This document shows positions 1 through 11,598 of a DNA stretch of 64,000 nt, one piece after another (positions within the stretch are counted from its first letter, which is position 1; every line of letters starts with the position of its first letter). Location of the stretch: contig JAQGDQ010000023.1 in NCBI GenBank assembly GCA_030141605.1, positions 310,001 to 374,000 of the forward strand, given 5' to 3'. The notes under the pieces are model-generated. The model was given only the letters and a program-made list of their open reading frames with translations, was not told where the DNA came from and did no database searches. The translations under genes and the position numbers were made by a program. Source of the DNA: Tubiluchus corallicola (lineage: Eukaryota > Animalia > Priapulida).

Positions 1-180
1 GCTTGCACTCCCAAACTTTCAAACCTGGTTGTACCCCTGTGTGCATGCAAAAAATAAATGTAAAAGTGGTAACCCCCCAAATAACTGTAATAACATACAG
101 AGCCATTTATTTGAGAAATCTTATCAAAGCAGTATAGACATACAGCAGATGCTAAAACATAGTTACTTAACAAAGCTTAC

Positions 181-314
181 TTAAAATAAGAGTACAGCTC
201 CTTGTATGACAGAGTTTGCTGCACCGTCCTGTCTGAGACTAGCAGAGTAATATCTTCTGATGGTGACCACAGTGCGAGAGATCCTAAACTATATTTACAA
301 CTTAAACCTATACC
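181..314 (-). CDS. TMEM8/PGAP6-like protein, coding exon 5 (gene continues beyond left edge)
   Basis: ttttacag acceptor, gtaagc donor; reads GIGLSCKYSLGSLALWSPSEDITLL..., phase 0 matches upstream exon; resembles TMEM8A 'KGLAPTCAY' region. Confidence 0.8.
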
Positions 315-674
315 CTGTAAAATATAAAAACAACCATCACGTAAAACAAATACAATACAGTAACATGTAGAATGTAAGTAAAGCAAAAAATTAAGTTTTG
401 TGGCTCACAATATGCATATGTTTAATTGCAATTTCAACAGTTTGAACTAATTTATATCATAATTCTTATCGTGCATTGTGTTTTTTTTTGTTTATTTGTT
501 GTACAGTATAAGAGTACGAATGAATGGTACAAATAAATAAATAAAAACTGTTCACCATCAAGTAAACGATAAGCACAAAATTTTACAAAACACTTTTTAA
601 GAGTTTAACGTTTTACCAGTGAAAACATGGCAAAGCTTTTAGTTCATGTGCTAATAAACAGTGTAAATGCCTAC

Positions 675-891
675 CTGTTGTTTTATTTCCTCGCCGCCAG
701 GTGGGGGTAAGTAGGCAATGGCAAACCAGCTCCCAGGCTGAGGATTAATAATACTGAAGCCCAGCGAAGTTTCCGGTAAATACGAAGCTGTGGTTTCAAG
801 TTGATAAATTTTTTGAGTATCAATATATACATCTGGTGGAAATGAAGAATTGAAAGGATCTACAACAGGATACGTACCATGCTTAAGTGCT
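675..891 (-). CDS. TMEM8/PGAP6-like protein, coding exon 4
   Basis: ALKHGTYPVVDPFNSSFPPD...INPQPGSWFAIAYLPP matches TMEM8A/B G.PPVINP..TSFP...HPAPGDWFVAAHLP; tttttcag / gtaggc boundaries, 217 nt. Confidence 0.88.
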
Positions 892-1502
892 CTGAAAAAT
901 AAAACAGAAACATGCCAATACTTTGTGTCAGCGGACAGCAGATGGCACCACACAACTGCAGCTGGAAGTCAGAAGTACTAAAACAACACAAGTGCTACGA
1001 GTGGTTATTATATTTGCAAAATTAATTTGCATAAAATTTTTATTTCCTGTTCGCGAAATTTACATACATAACTTTTTCCACCAATGTCCAAAATGAACAC
1101 AAAGATAATTGTACCTAGGAAAAAGCGAGGAAATCAAAAATATTTTATTAAATAGCACATTGTCCTATTTTGACAATTTGCAAAATACAACGAAATACCA
1201 TTTATTTTGTCCTAAATGTGTTGCAAATACTTTACGTTTTCTATTACCACTGCAAAAAGTACTTATACTCAAAGAGTAGGCTTAAGCCTGCGCAGCCAAC
1301 TACGGATTGCCGGTGATTGAAATGTTTCACATGAACATTTCAGTTCAACTTTCATAATTTAGAAAAATAAACACCATTCAACTGATAATAATTTAAGAAG
1401 TAAGTGTGCATGAACATTGTAAATACAGTCTAAAAATAAAACCATTAAAGTGTTTCTTTCACCTATAGCAGAAGGGTTCCTAGATTTCATAGCATTACTT
1501 AC

Positions 1503-1573
1503 ATATGTGCTGTCTTTCTAGGACAGTCTGCATGATCCATAGCAGCTATAAATTGCCAACTAACTATTGACAC
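1503..1573 (-). CDS. TMEM8/PGAP6-like protein, coding exon 3
   Basis: ttttgcag / gtaagt; VSIVSWQFIAAMDHADCPRKTAH; 71 nt, phases 0 and 2 fit both neighbours. Confidence 0.82.
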
Positions 1574-1857
1574 CTGCAAAAAACAGAAAACTCAAATGTA
1601 AAAGGCTATAATTATATTATACTGATCACATTTAAATTGCAATTTCAAGTTGCAATACATTGTTGAGTCTGCAAATTAAATTGTGGCACAGCGGATAAAA
1701 AATAAAGCAAAAAAAAATAGAAATTGACTATATTGAAATTTTGTGCTTTCTGACAACTTATGGTTTTCTTATCGTAATTCTTACAACCTCTAAGAAACAT
1801 AGTAAAGTACACTCAAATACAGATAAACAGAAACAGATGATGGTCGCTACGGCGGTG

Positions 1858-1935
1858 TGATGATGGTGGTCATGATGATGCCGATGATTATGATGATGAT
1901 GATAATGTTGATGATGATAATGATAATGATGATGA
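1858..1935. repeat. Imperfect (TGA)n microsatellite
   Basis: tgatgatg/taatga run. Confidence 0.9.
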
Positions 1936-3839
1936 TTTAAAAGCGCTTCTATAGAGTTTTTTCTAATAAACCGCATAACTGGAAAATTTCGTTTAATGAC
2001 TAAATGCAGTTAAATGTAATCCAATTACTACATTTTTACAGTTTCGCTAATGTGGGAAAAATGTGAATTAATACAGGTGACAAAAATTTGACTTTAGATC
2101 CCTCTGTTTACCTTTTTAAACTAGCCACATTTGGACACTTTTTTCGAATAAAGCTACCAAGCGCGTCTAATGAAAGGAAGATTACATATTCCTTAAGAAC
2201 CTTAAAAAAACAGTCAAGAGTTTGTTGTGTGTATCACGATGGCCCATTGGCCCACTTCCGGGGCAATAAAACATCATGAAGAGAAATAAACCATATAATC
2301 AAAGAGAAGCCATAGAAGCTGGTTAAAGCTGTACTCTCTAACTGTGGAGAAACACTTCAGCTGAAGACGCTGGATAGTTGGAGGTAGTAATTAAATGAAT
2401 GAAAACCATCGTCAATCTAATATATAGTCTTAATATTCTAATATGTAAAGTAAATTAATGAAAAATCTCACAATTGTAAAAATCTTCATTTGTTTGATTT
2501 TTCAGTAGCTGTACTATTCTTGACATTAAGAATATAAATTTGCGTTACACAAAATGAATTTAGGTATCGCAAAATCGCAATTATTTCAGAGCAAATTATT
2601 AAGTGAAATGTTATAAATTTTGATAAAACTCATCCCATTTTTGTTAGAATGTACAAAGAATATATCCACTGCTTTGTTTTTCAAAAAAAGAGATACTCCT
2701 AAGCATTTTGGTCTTGCCCATGTAGTAATAGTTTCAAATGTCACAGATGTGACAATCAGTATGTAGATCAGATTGTAAGATAACTAGAAAATCGAATTGA
2801 GAAAGACAAACTTGGAAATAGTCAAATTAAGTGCTGCACATGCCAGTTTTTGTATGACACCATTCACTTCAAATAAAGTTACTAGCATTACTGTTATATT
2901 AGAATTAGCATCAGTAATTCTTACTATTATAAGGTTACTATTATAGATACAGCCAAAAATAGATTTGAAATGAGACCAAAGAGGCGCACATTAAAGTTGA
3001 CAAACCATTTTGAAGTTTGAGGGCTTCATATACTGCAGTGTACGAAACATAATAAATGTGTTTAACTGGTGTCTGATGATGCCTAAAGTAGTTTTGTTTC
3101 TAGAAAAAATGCCATGAGTAGGTGAATAGAACATCAGTCACTTGAATATCTACATCCAATGTGATTTAATTTGGAGATTTATAAACGTTAGTGGGCAGAA
3201 TTAAAGTGAAAATTAACAAGAGAATCAGTCACGGATGATCAATAATTACGCATTATTCACGCACGCCTGAGCATTTGCGTATTTTCTCCAAACAAAATCA
3301 TAGCGGCGCATATATTGCGAATCAGCAAGCCGGGAGGGATAGAGTCATTAACCAGCGAGAATTTAACGTATGCAAATTGTGCTCGTAATATGCGAATGAA
3401 ATACGACATTATGCAAATTCAGACCAATTAGTCATATTTGTTGTTTTAACTCTCTATTCCCGCTCGCCATTTGCTTTCTCATAATATGATAATCGTATGT
3501 TTGTAACAGTAAATGACTTGAAACCCGTTCACACTAAGCAGAAAGTAATTTGCACACAATGTAATTTTTAGGCCCGGATCTCTTGCAGACAATCACACGC
3601 CAGAGAAATCGTTAAGCGATTTTCCATGACTACACCTCTAACGCAGCCACAGAAGATGTACACAGCCACAGCACAGGCTAACACTAAATAGAACAGAATG
3701 GAATAGAATAGACATTTATTTTTTCCATGGGTACACAAGGAACATGATACATGCATGTTATTTCCATTATAGTTCAAGTGCTAGTATAAAAAGTGAAATC
3801 ACAAATATGAAAACACAGAAACTATTAAAAGTGCTGTAG

Positions 3840-4068
3840 ATGGGCGTACTGCGGCTGGGTCATACCGAAGATCTTAAAAAATGGTACATTCTGTTGCCCG
3901 GCCTGGTGAGTGGTATTTACCGTAAAAGTGTAGTAATAATAATCTTTGTTATGTGTAGGTGTAGCTTGTTATGTACAGTGGGCGACAAAAGCCTCATGTA
4001 AGGCTTGTGTTGTCTGTTGAATTTAAAACCTACTTTAAATAAAGGTTATTATTGTTGTTGTTATTATT
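3840..4068 (+). mobile_element. 5'-truncated SINE with Meta-like core
   Basis: gtcataccgaagatcttaaaaaatggtac core shared with 31435 and 58863; 3' part (aagcctc...cttgtgtt..tctgttgaattta...ttaaataa + simple tail) shared with the 31.5 kb copy. Confidence 0.6.
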
Positions 4069-6046
4069 AGGACATTTCTTCATTCACATTGCGTGCAAAA
4101 GCTCTTAGTGGGTTTTTAACGATGCAAAGGCAATGGAAGTTCACATATCCACACTATTTAGTTATCAGTGCACCGTGCAAACGGGTGTACAAGTGGACAT
4201 GGTCACCAAAGCTGCGAAACGTTCCATATCCGCTTCCTAGTATAAACACGGCTTTGGTCTACAAGATACACTTTGAACCTTCAATGAAATTCTTTATTAT
4301 TGGTATAGCTGGGACAAACGTCTTGCAAAAAAGAACTAACACAAGTTTAAGATCTTTTACAGAAACGTCGCATAAGACGCGTTCACAAGGTCTAGAAAAT
4401 ATGCACGCAGAAAACCTTCAGCCATAACCTTCAGACAAGGCGTAATAACTCTGAAATAAAGACAGTTACACGTTTTATAACCTTTTACAAAAGACGCGAT
4501 CTGGGCAATTTCCTACGGATGAAACGTTGCACAAAACCTTTGCGCAATATTGATACATAATATGAATTTACATAGACAGTGATGTTTGTAGAGGTTTTAC
4601 AATTCACGAACAAAAAAGCAAAATGGAATAGGAGTGAACAATAACAGGCACATGTACCAATATTTACATAATTTTCGCGAAAATTTAAAAACTTATAACA
4701 ATAAAGGAAAAAATTGCAAAAGAGAGTGTTTTTGAAGAGTAATTATACAGAAGGCATACTTATATAATTCCAAACATTAATCTGGACTTCTTAGTAACAA
4801 TGCGAATGAGTGACTCAATTAGTCAGTCAGTGAACATCAAATTGCAGCAAATTGATAATACAGAGTAAAAAGATTTGGGAAACTAAGTATACGTAACCTG
4901 TGGCAGCAAAAGACGAAGAGGTTTTAGACCATTTAGGAGGCAGTCCTATATGAGACTTGGGTAACCTTGAATACGTGGTTTAAAGCCAAAGACTAATTAC
5001 CACACAAACTTTGTTACAGAGTTGAGCTACCAAACTTAGGCAACATATATGGGGGACAATCGTTACTGAGTCAAATATAATTAACGACTGTCAATTACTT
5101 AGGTTGTTCAAGGTCAAAGGTCAAATTTCCGAAATTTTTCTATCTTTATAGTAAGTAATGAAAAATCATGGGCAATGGAGAAGGCAGAACAGGAAAAAAA
5201 CGCCAATAGCTCTAAACTCTACATCCTTTCTGACCAAAGGCCATTTAAATTCAATGCAAGTTGATGTACAGCACAGTATCACTTGGCGTTTAATATGGTA
5301 CTACATTTTAATGGAAATTATATAATAAAACCTGAGGTTGCTGAAAGCCTCATAATAACCAAGCAATCAAATAAGTAAAAACGCATCACAGAGTAAATAG
5401 ATGCTGCTGCTCAAATTCTGATTGAAATCCTGGCTGATTCATCGCTAGCAAAATGTTGGAAATTAGCTGCAAGTTTGGGTATCTTGATTGCAAGCTCATA
5501 AACTCTCCACGCGAGCTGCAAGACTGGGCATCTTGATTGCGAGCAGATTACAGTCCACGAGAGCTGAATGGGTTAGAATGAAAAAACGTTGCTGACAAAT
5601 ACACAAACGAAACACGAAATTGCGAATTCGCAGATTCTTTATGAGACCTAAAACAATTTACGCGACTGCAATGTAAAATTCACAGGGTAGCAACTGCTCG
5701 CAAGCATCCTGCTGCACATTTAAATATAGCTACGTTCATCGTCAAATTCAATTACGCTTTTTGAGCTTAGAAAGACTCAAGTCCATCGCCATATGAATGG
5801 TATAAGTGCTATGAACCAGAAAATGCACGCCTTTTTAAGAACTGAAGTATTAGAAGACGAAAACACTAGGCAAAGATAGAGGGAGCGCTGGATAAGCAAA
5901 GGATAAGCAGTCTCTCCTCCTGTCCCCCACTTCACCCTGCCGTCTCAATTCTTTTTCCCCATATCATTTTCAGTGACTACCTGTTTTTGTCGTACCCACT
6001 TTTTCTCTCATTCCCGAACATAGAGGAAGGAAGAAGCTGAGAAAAG

Positions 6047-6063
6047 GAGAGAGAGAAAGAGAG

Positions 6064-6159
<96 letters not shown>

Positions 6160-6160
6160 G
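6047..6160. repeat. (GA)n microsatellite
   Basis: long gagaga run. Confidence 0.97.
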
Positions 6161-6561
6161 TAGGGGATAAATAGAAAAAAGAGAAGCGCGTTACGCCACA
6201 ACTGTGGTTAGGGAATACAGTTTTAATATTAGCTGAAGAGAGATGACAGCTATTTTCTAACTTGTCAATGGGCTCGAAAACAACAAAATGCAGGCATTCT
6301 TCCTATGGGCATTTTCTCATAGAGTGAAAGGAGACAGACGAAGCAGTCAGTTGTGATGCAGTGAAATCTACATGGTTTTACCCTCAGCATTGTTTCCATT
6401 TTTCATAAGCTACGAATTCACGATAGATTTATATAGGCTTGAATATACATTTCTTGCTGAAAACATGATATAGTTTAGCGGGGAACTTTATTCACATTAC
6501 ACCTCGAATGTGCTGAATTCACGAAACATTTTAGAACATAGTAAAGAATTTAAATACTTAC

Positions 6562-6659
6562 CTGAGGTGGGACGCTGTAGTGAATCATCTCTACATCCCT
6601 GTAGGATTTGTATGGGTGAAGTTTTATCCTTTCATACTCTTCTGCGATGGCTGCATCAC
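6562..6659 (-). CDS. TMEM8/PGAP6-like protein, coding exon 2
   Basis: ttttttcccacag / gtaagt; (G)DAAIAEEYERIKLHPYKSYRDVEMIHYSVPPQ matches TMEM8 'LSFYSWYGSARLFRFRVPP' region. Confidence 0.85.
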
Positions 6660-8226
6660 CTGTGGGAAAAAACGAAATTGTTATTTTTCGTAACTGTGGT
6701 TTTGCAAAGTCGACGTTGCACATCATCTGCTGCTCGTTCCGACGAGTGTGAACCAGGCTTAACGAAATTATGAAAATGGAATTGTAAGCAGTGTTAACTG
6801 AAAAAATACGCATATACAGAAACATAATGCAAGATTCCTCATCAAGTCACCAAGTTAAGAAGAACAAAAATAATATTTAATAGTTAAAGTTGGCTGGTAG
6901 AACAGAATAGTAAAGGCTTGAAACTTTTTGAACTATGCAGATATTTCGTGAGATTTTGAAGCTATCTCATGAGAAAATGCGTATAGACTCATTGCAAGAG
7001 TTTCCCACTCCCAATCTACCAACTTATATTATTGGGCGACCTCTAAGCTCGATCACGATCTGGAGCTTTCAGAACTTCACTCCCTTTTGCTAATAATATT
7101 CATCTGGGATACAGAAAAAAACGCACGATGCATCACAGATTTTAGATTCTGAAATAGACGACACTGAACCCAAATAGTGTGGCTTGGTGAAATGCTGTAA
7201 TTACCCAATAAAATAAGTGCAATCCCATTCACTGTATACTATTTATATAATTTCAAATATCACCTTTGGATACCTTGACCGACATCCAGGGCCACAGTAG
7301 AGCCTGGCGACATCATGACCTACTACTTTCTCTTTTTCGTCATTTACTATAGAGCTGTTTGTCTGATTGACTATCTACTTATTATCTGCTAGTCTGCCTG
7401 TCCACCCGTCTATTTGTCAGTCTGTCAAGATGTTCTTCCATCGGTATACATGCGTCCAACTATCCAACATAGACTAAAACAGAGTTCCGCGAACTTTTAA
7501 TACAACTAATTGCGCATTTGTAAAGTGGTAAAAGTGTCTGGTATTTAAACGTTTCAGGGATAAAACCTAAGTTTGCAAACTGTCACATAATCATTCAAAT
7601 CACGAATGATATTGATTGCTGTCGGCCCTGTGATGTTTTATGAAATTACGCATGACCTTAATAGATGGCGCTCCTTTAATACTTATTGATAAATTTGTAA
7701 TGACCTGATTTACGAATGAGGCTTCAAGAGACAGCTTGAAAATTCTCATCAAGTTAATCGCAATTTTCGTCATTATAATTGGGTTTTATAATAATGGCAC
7801 AGGCATGATTCACTGCCATATAAAATAATTGAAAGTTATTACTGTTGTTTTATTCAAAATGATTTTCATTGCCGTATAGGCAGTTTAATGATCCTATGCC
7901 GCACATTTGCTACAGAGAAGATATTAATGCTGAGTTTTTACGCTATTACTGGTAGTAAAGTAAAGCAATTTATATAGATGAAATATGAATAATAAAGCAT
8001 AAATACTAAATTAGCCACAAGGTTTGGTAAATTGCTGTTATATGACATCAACTTTATTAGTAGCCAATGATGGTATAAAATAAAATTATTAAGTTTTTAA
8101 AATAAAAGCTGCTCAAAAGAAGGAAATGTGAAAATGAGTTGGAATGAGTTTAGATTTGAACTAGAGAACCCTTTGAATATAAGATCAACACAAAGACCAC
8201 TCAGTCCCTTGTGATCATGACAGGTC

Positions 8227-10400
8227 TTATTTTATTTTATTTTATTTTTTTTTTATTTTGTCAGATTTCACAGGCGTCGGATCTGTTCATCTGTGTGTTG
8301 CCCTTTGACTCGAGTCAAACTTGCCAAATTCCAAATTCTTCCATAAAGATACGGCATCCGTCAATTCCGTGGGAACTGGATTTCTCCAGACCCAACAAAA
8401 CTCGCCTTTTCGATACCGTAAAGGTACGGTATCCACCGGCTACTCATAGAGTAGTCGGATTTCCCCTAGGTATAAACCTTTCACACGTTTGGATGTAAGA
8501 ACTCGAGTGACATCCTGCGCAGGAGATGACCTAGGTCTCCCTCCTTTGCCTTCCCAGGAACTTTCTAAACACCATACATGAGCCTCTAATCGCCGAGCGG
8601 ACTAGTTTGGCTCTGACGTTCAGAAGACAAAGTGTCTTCAGGAGAACGTCGTTCTCTCCTCCTGCCCATTCCCCACGAAAGCCCACACAGATGCCGTGCG
8701 ACGAGGCAGTGGCAGAGCCGCACCGCTGTTTGACGGCATCGAGGATCGGTTCGTACTTCAGGGCCTTGTCCCTGCACCTGGCCCTAAGCGAGTAGATGTT
8801 TCCTGCTGCCGAGATGGTCGGATCGATAACGTACGTATGACCACCTTTGGTCGCCAGGATGTCTGGGTGGTACCTTGTTCTGTTGATCTCGAACCAAGGT
8901 TCCCTGACGACCGTAAAGCCCTGCCCCTTCAAGGCTTCGGCGAGCACCTCGCACAGTGCATTGTGCCTTCGTGATATGGCATTGTTTACTGTTATGCACT
9001 GTTGAAGTACGTGAACCTGACTCTCTGCATGTCTCCCGCACCTGCGACATCTCCTGATTGCATTGGGTTGTCCTCTCGTGATGTTAATTCTAACTGGTAG
9101 AGAGTTGGTGATCATCTTGAGAAGCAAGATATAATCACCCCCGCTCAGGAGTGTGCTGCTACGTAGGTAATGGGTACTCAGTGGGTCAGCAGACACGGCT
9201 GCAAAACCCTTCCCATGCACTTTACCATTGAATGCCGATAGATGTTTGCGATCGTTATCCCTTTTTGCACGATTTATGTCTTTTGCGTTACTGTAGGCTT
9301 CGAGGCTCGCCACCCTCTTAGCCCACGCAAGCTCCCTATTCCACACTGGAGCAGATGCACTCATGTTCACCAGCGGATCTGGTGAGGCCTGCAATCGGCT
9401 GAGCATCTTGACTTTCATCAAAGGAACATCCTTTTCAAGACAAGAAAATCCCAGCCCTCCCTTCTTCATTGGCATGTAGAAGAATGCATTCGGGACATCC
9501 GTCGCCATATGAAGTATACGTTTTAGGCTTGATCTTATAAGCCTGTCTGCTCCCTTGAGGCCATTCATATGAACCTCACATATACGGAAGTGGTATGTCA
9601 GACGCGGAATCACATATTGTCTGATCATATCCACCTTTTGTTGAGGTTTGAGTGGTCCCCTTCCACTCTTATAAGCCATGCTTTAAGGGACTTGGTGTCC
9701 ATGGTGGGTCGTCCCTTAGCAGTCATAGGAATTCCCAGGTATTTGTATGCGTCACTGACTCCCAGCATTGGAATAGGAGTCTGGCTGATCTCCCATGTGG
9801 GTTCTATTAGCACTTTCATAGCCTTTCGCCGGTATGCCTTGACTAGTCTCATGGCTTTGCATTTGTTGGCGTTTAAAGCCATGCCTCGTTTCGTGAAGAA
9901 GCCATTGGCTGTCTCCAACAAAACTCCCATGCCATGTTTTGAGCCTGACATTAGGACTAGGTCGTCGGCAAAACCAACTATAGCCACTTGGTGCTCGTCG
10001 ATCCCATAGCCAAATCTAGAACCGACTTTCGACATCAGTTCGTCGATTACCAGGTTGAAAAGCAGGGGTGATAGCGGGCATCCCTGCTTAACACCTGACG
10101 TGATGCTAATACGGCGGGTATTTGCTTCCGGTATCGATATCCGTGTAGCAGCACCCGTATACATATCCCCAATGATTTGCTGAACCTGCTCTGGAAGGCC
10201 GAACCTTCTCATTGCCCTCACGATCGAGGTGTGAGGAACCGTGTCGAACGCCTTTGCTAAGTCGAGGAATGCGATGTTTAATTCCCTATGACTTGCTCGG
10301 GCATGCCGAATCACGGTGTTTAGGAGAGTCAGGTTTTCGGAACAGCCGTCTCTTGGTTGGAAGGCTCTCTGGAGTGGGTTGAGCTTGACCGTTGCCTGGA
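8227..10400 (-). mobile_element. 5'-truncated R2-clade (RT + restriction-like endonuclease) non-LTR retrotransposon
   Basis: GC-richer block; RT motifs QRAF, FLDLAKAFDTV, GVKQGCPLSPLLFN, FADD, YKYLG; LKPQQK and GGLG; CCHC knuckle CRRC-x7-HVLQQC; RHN; PD..D and K..KY endonuclease motifs; ~270 nt 3' UTR; A-rich tail at 8227-8259. Confidence 0.92.
8531..10400 (-). pseudogene. R2-like RT/RLE ORF, truncated, one frameshift near 9657-9667
   Basis: ORFs 9625..10422 and 8531..9679 join as ...AWLIRV(E/G)RGPLKPQQK; no internal stops otherwise. Confidence 0.88.
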
Positions 10401-10939
10401 TTCTTAATTCAATCATAATCATTCATCAACAATCAGACATTTCCATAAATTATATCAGTTTATTTACAGCTGAAGTATCTATTTCTGGTACCTTTCCAGA
10501 TGTGTAAGATGCGAAACGAATGAAAGATGGGCACAGCATTTGCTTCCAACATCGGCGTTCCATGAGGCGATTGTTTGAGCTCTGTACTATGGCTATTACG
10601 AATAGTGACTACACACTTTGAAAAGAAACGAAGGATCGTACCAACACAAATCTTAATCTAGCACCCGTCAGACCAGTTTTACTAATTCAACATAATTACA
10701 ATTGGAAAACTTTCATCTTTAATCCCGAATATATAATCCATATATTACAACAAATAAAGAAGAGCTAGAATGTTATACACACGATTGGCAGGCGCTTAGA
10801 AAAATATAATCTCAACGTTAATAATGGGAAGAAGTAATATTATCACATTCTGTGACATTCAGCGTTGCGGTGACAATTCGCTGGAAAAAATGTAGATATC
10901 TTTGTAACTTGTTAGACACCAACGCAGGAAAATAGTGAC

Positions 10940-11330
10940 AGTGTCTGCTTATTCAGATGTCACAAAGGTTTTCGAAAACAATAGACTCTCCATTGAAATG
11001 AAAGTGCGGATCTTAACAACTTTAGTTGAACCAGACTGATTTTTCTAGACTGTAAAGTTGAATTATAGACAAGAAAAACTAAACAACAAAAGAAAATTGA
11101 AGTAGAAGCTTTTCAAAGACATCTCTATAGGAAGCAGGAAGCTATTAGGTATCAAATTCCCTTACAGAATATCCAATGATGATCTATATGATGTGGTTAA
11201 GAAAGAGCAAGCTAACCCAAGTCAAAAGACTGCACTGGATAGAATCCGTGCCAAGAATGTCTAAAAAACCGAGAAAAGGACAGCTACTGACGTATATAGA
11301 TAAAATGCAAAAGGATTTTTCAAATATGAT
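10940..11330 (+). mobile_element. Decayed RTE-like LINE 3' fragment
   Basis: Broken frames read LSIEMKVRI, EAFQRHLYRK, LLGIKFPYRISNDDLY, KRLHWIESVPRM, typical of the RTE-type RT C-terminus. Confidence 0.6.
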
Positions 11331-11487
11331 TAGATTTGAAGGACGGTGCCGTTGCAGCCAGCAGTAGCGGATAGGAGTTCTTGGAGTCAACAAAAGTACG
11401 ACGTACCACTCTATCAAGACGTATAGGCAGGAAATACAACGACAACAAGTTGTAAATACGTCGTACAATTATATCTCCTTGTCGGAC

Positions 11488-11513
11488 TATTATTATTACT
11501 AGTATTATTATTA

Positions 11514-11586
<73 letters not shown>

Positions 11587-11598
11587 TATTATTATTAT
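11488..11598. repeat. (TAT)n microsatellite
   Basis: long tattat run. Confidence 0.97.

Noticed and set aside
1758-1976. Poly-His ORF (likewise poly-SL 5977, poly-I/N 11320-11652, 29735-29981, 31556)
   Set aside because: Translations of microsatellites with no splice or family support
8586-10507. Overlapping and antisense ORFs inside the retrotransposon
   Set aside because: Expected shadows of a GC-richer coding region
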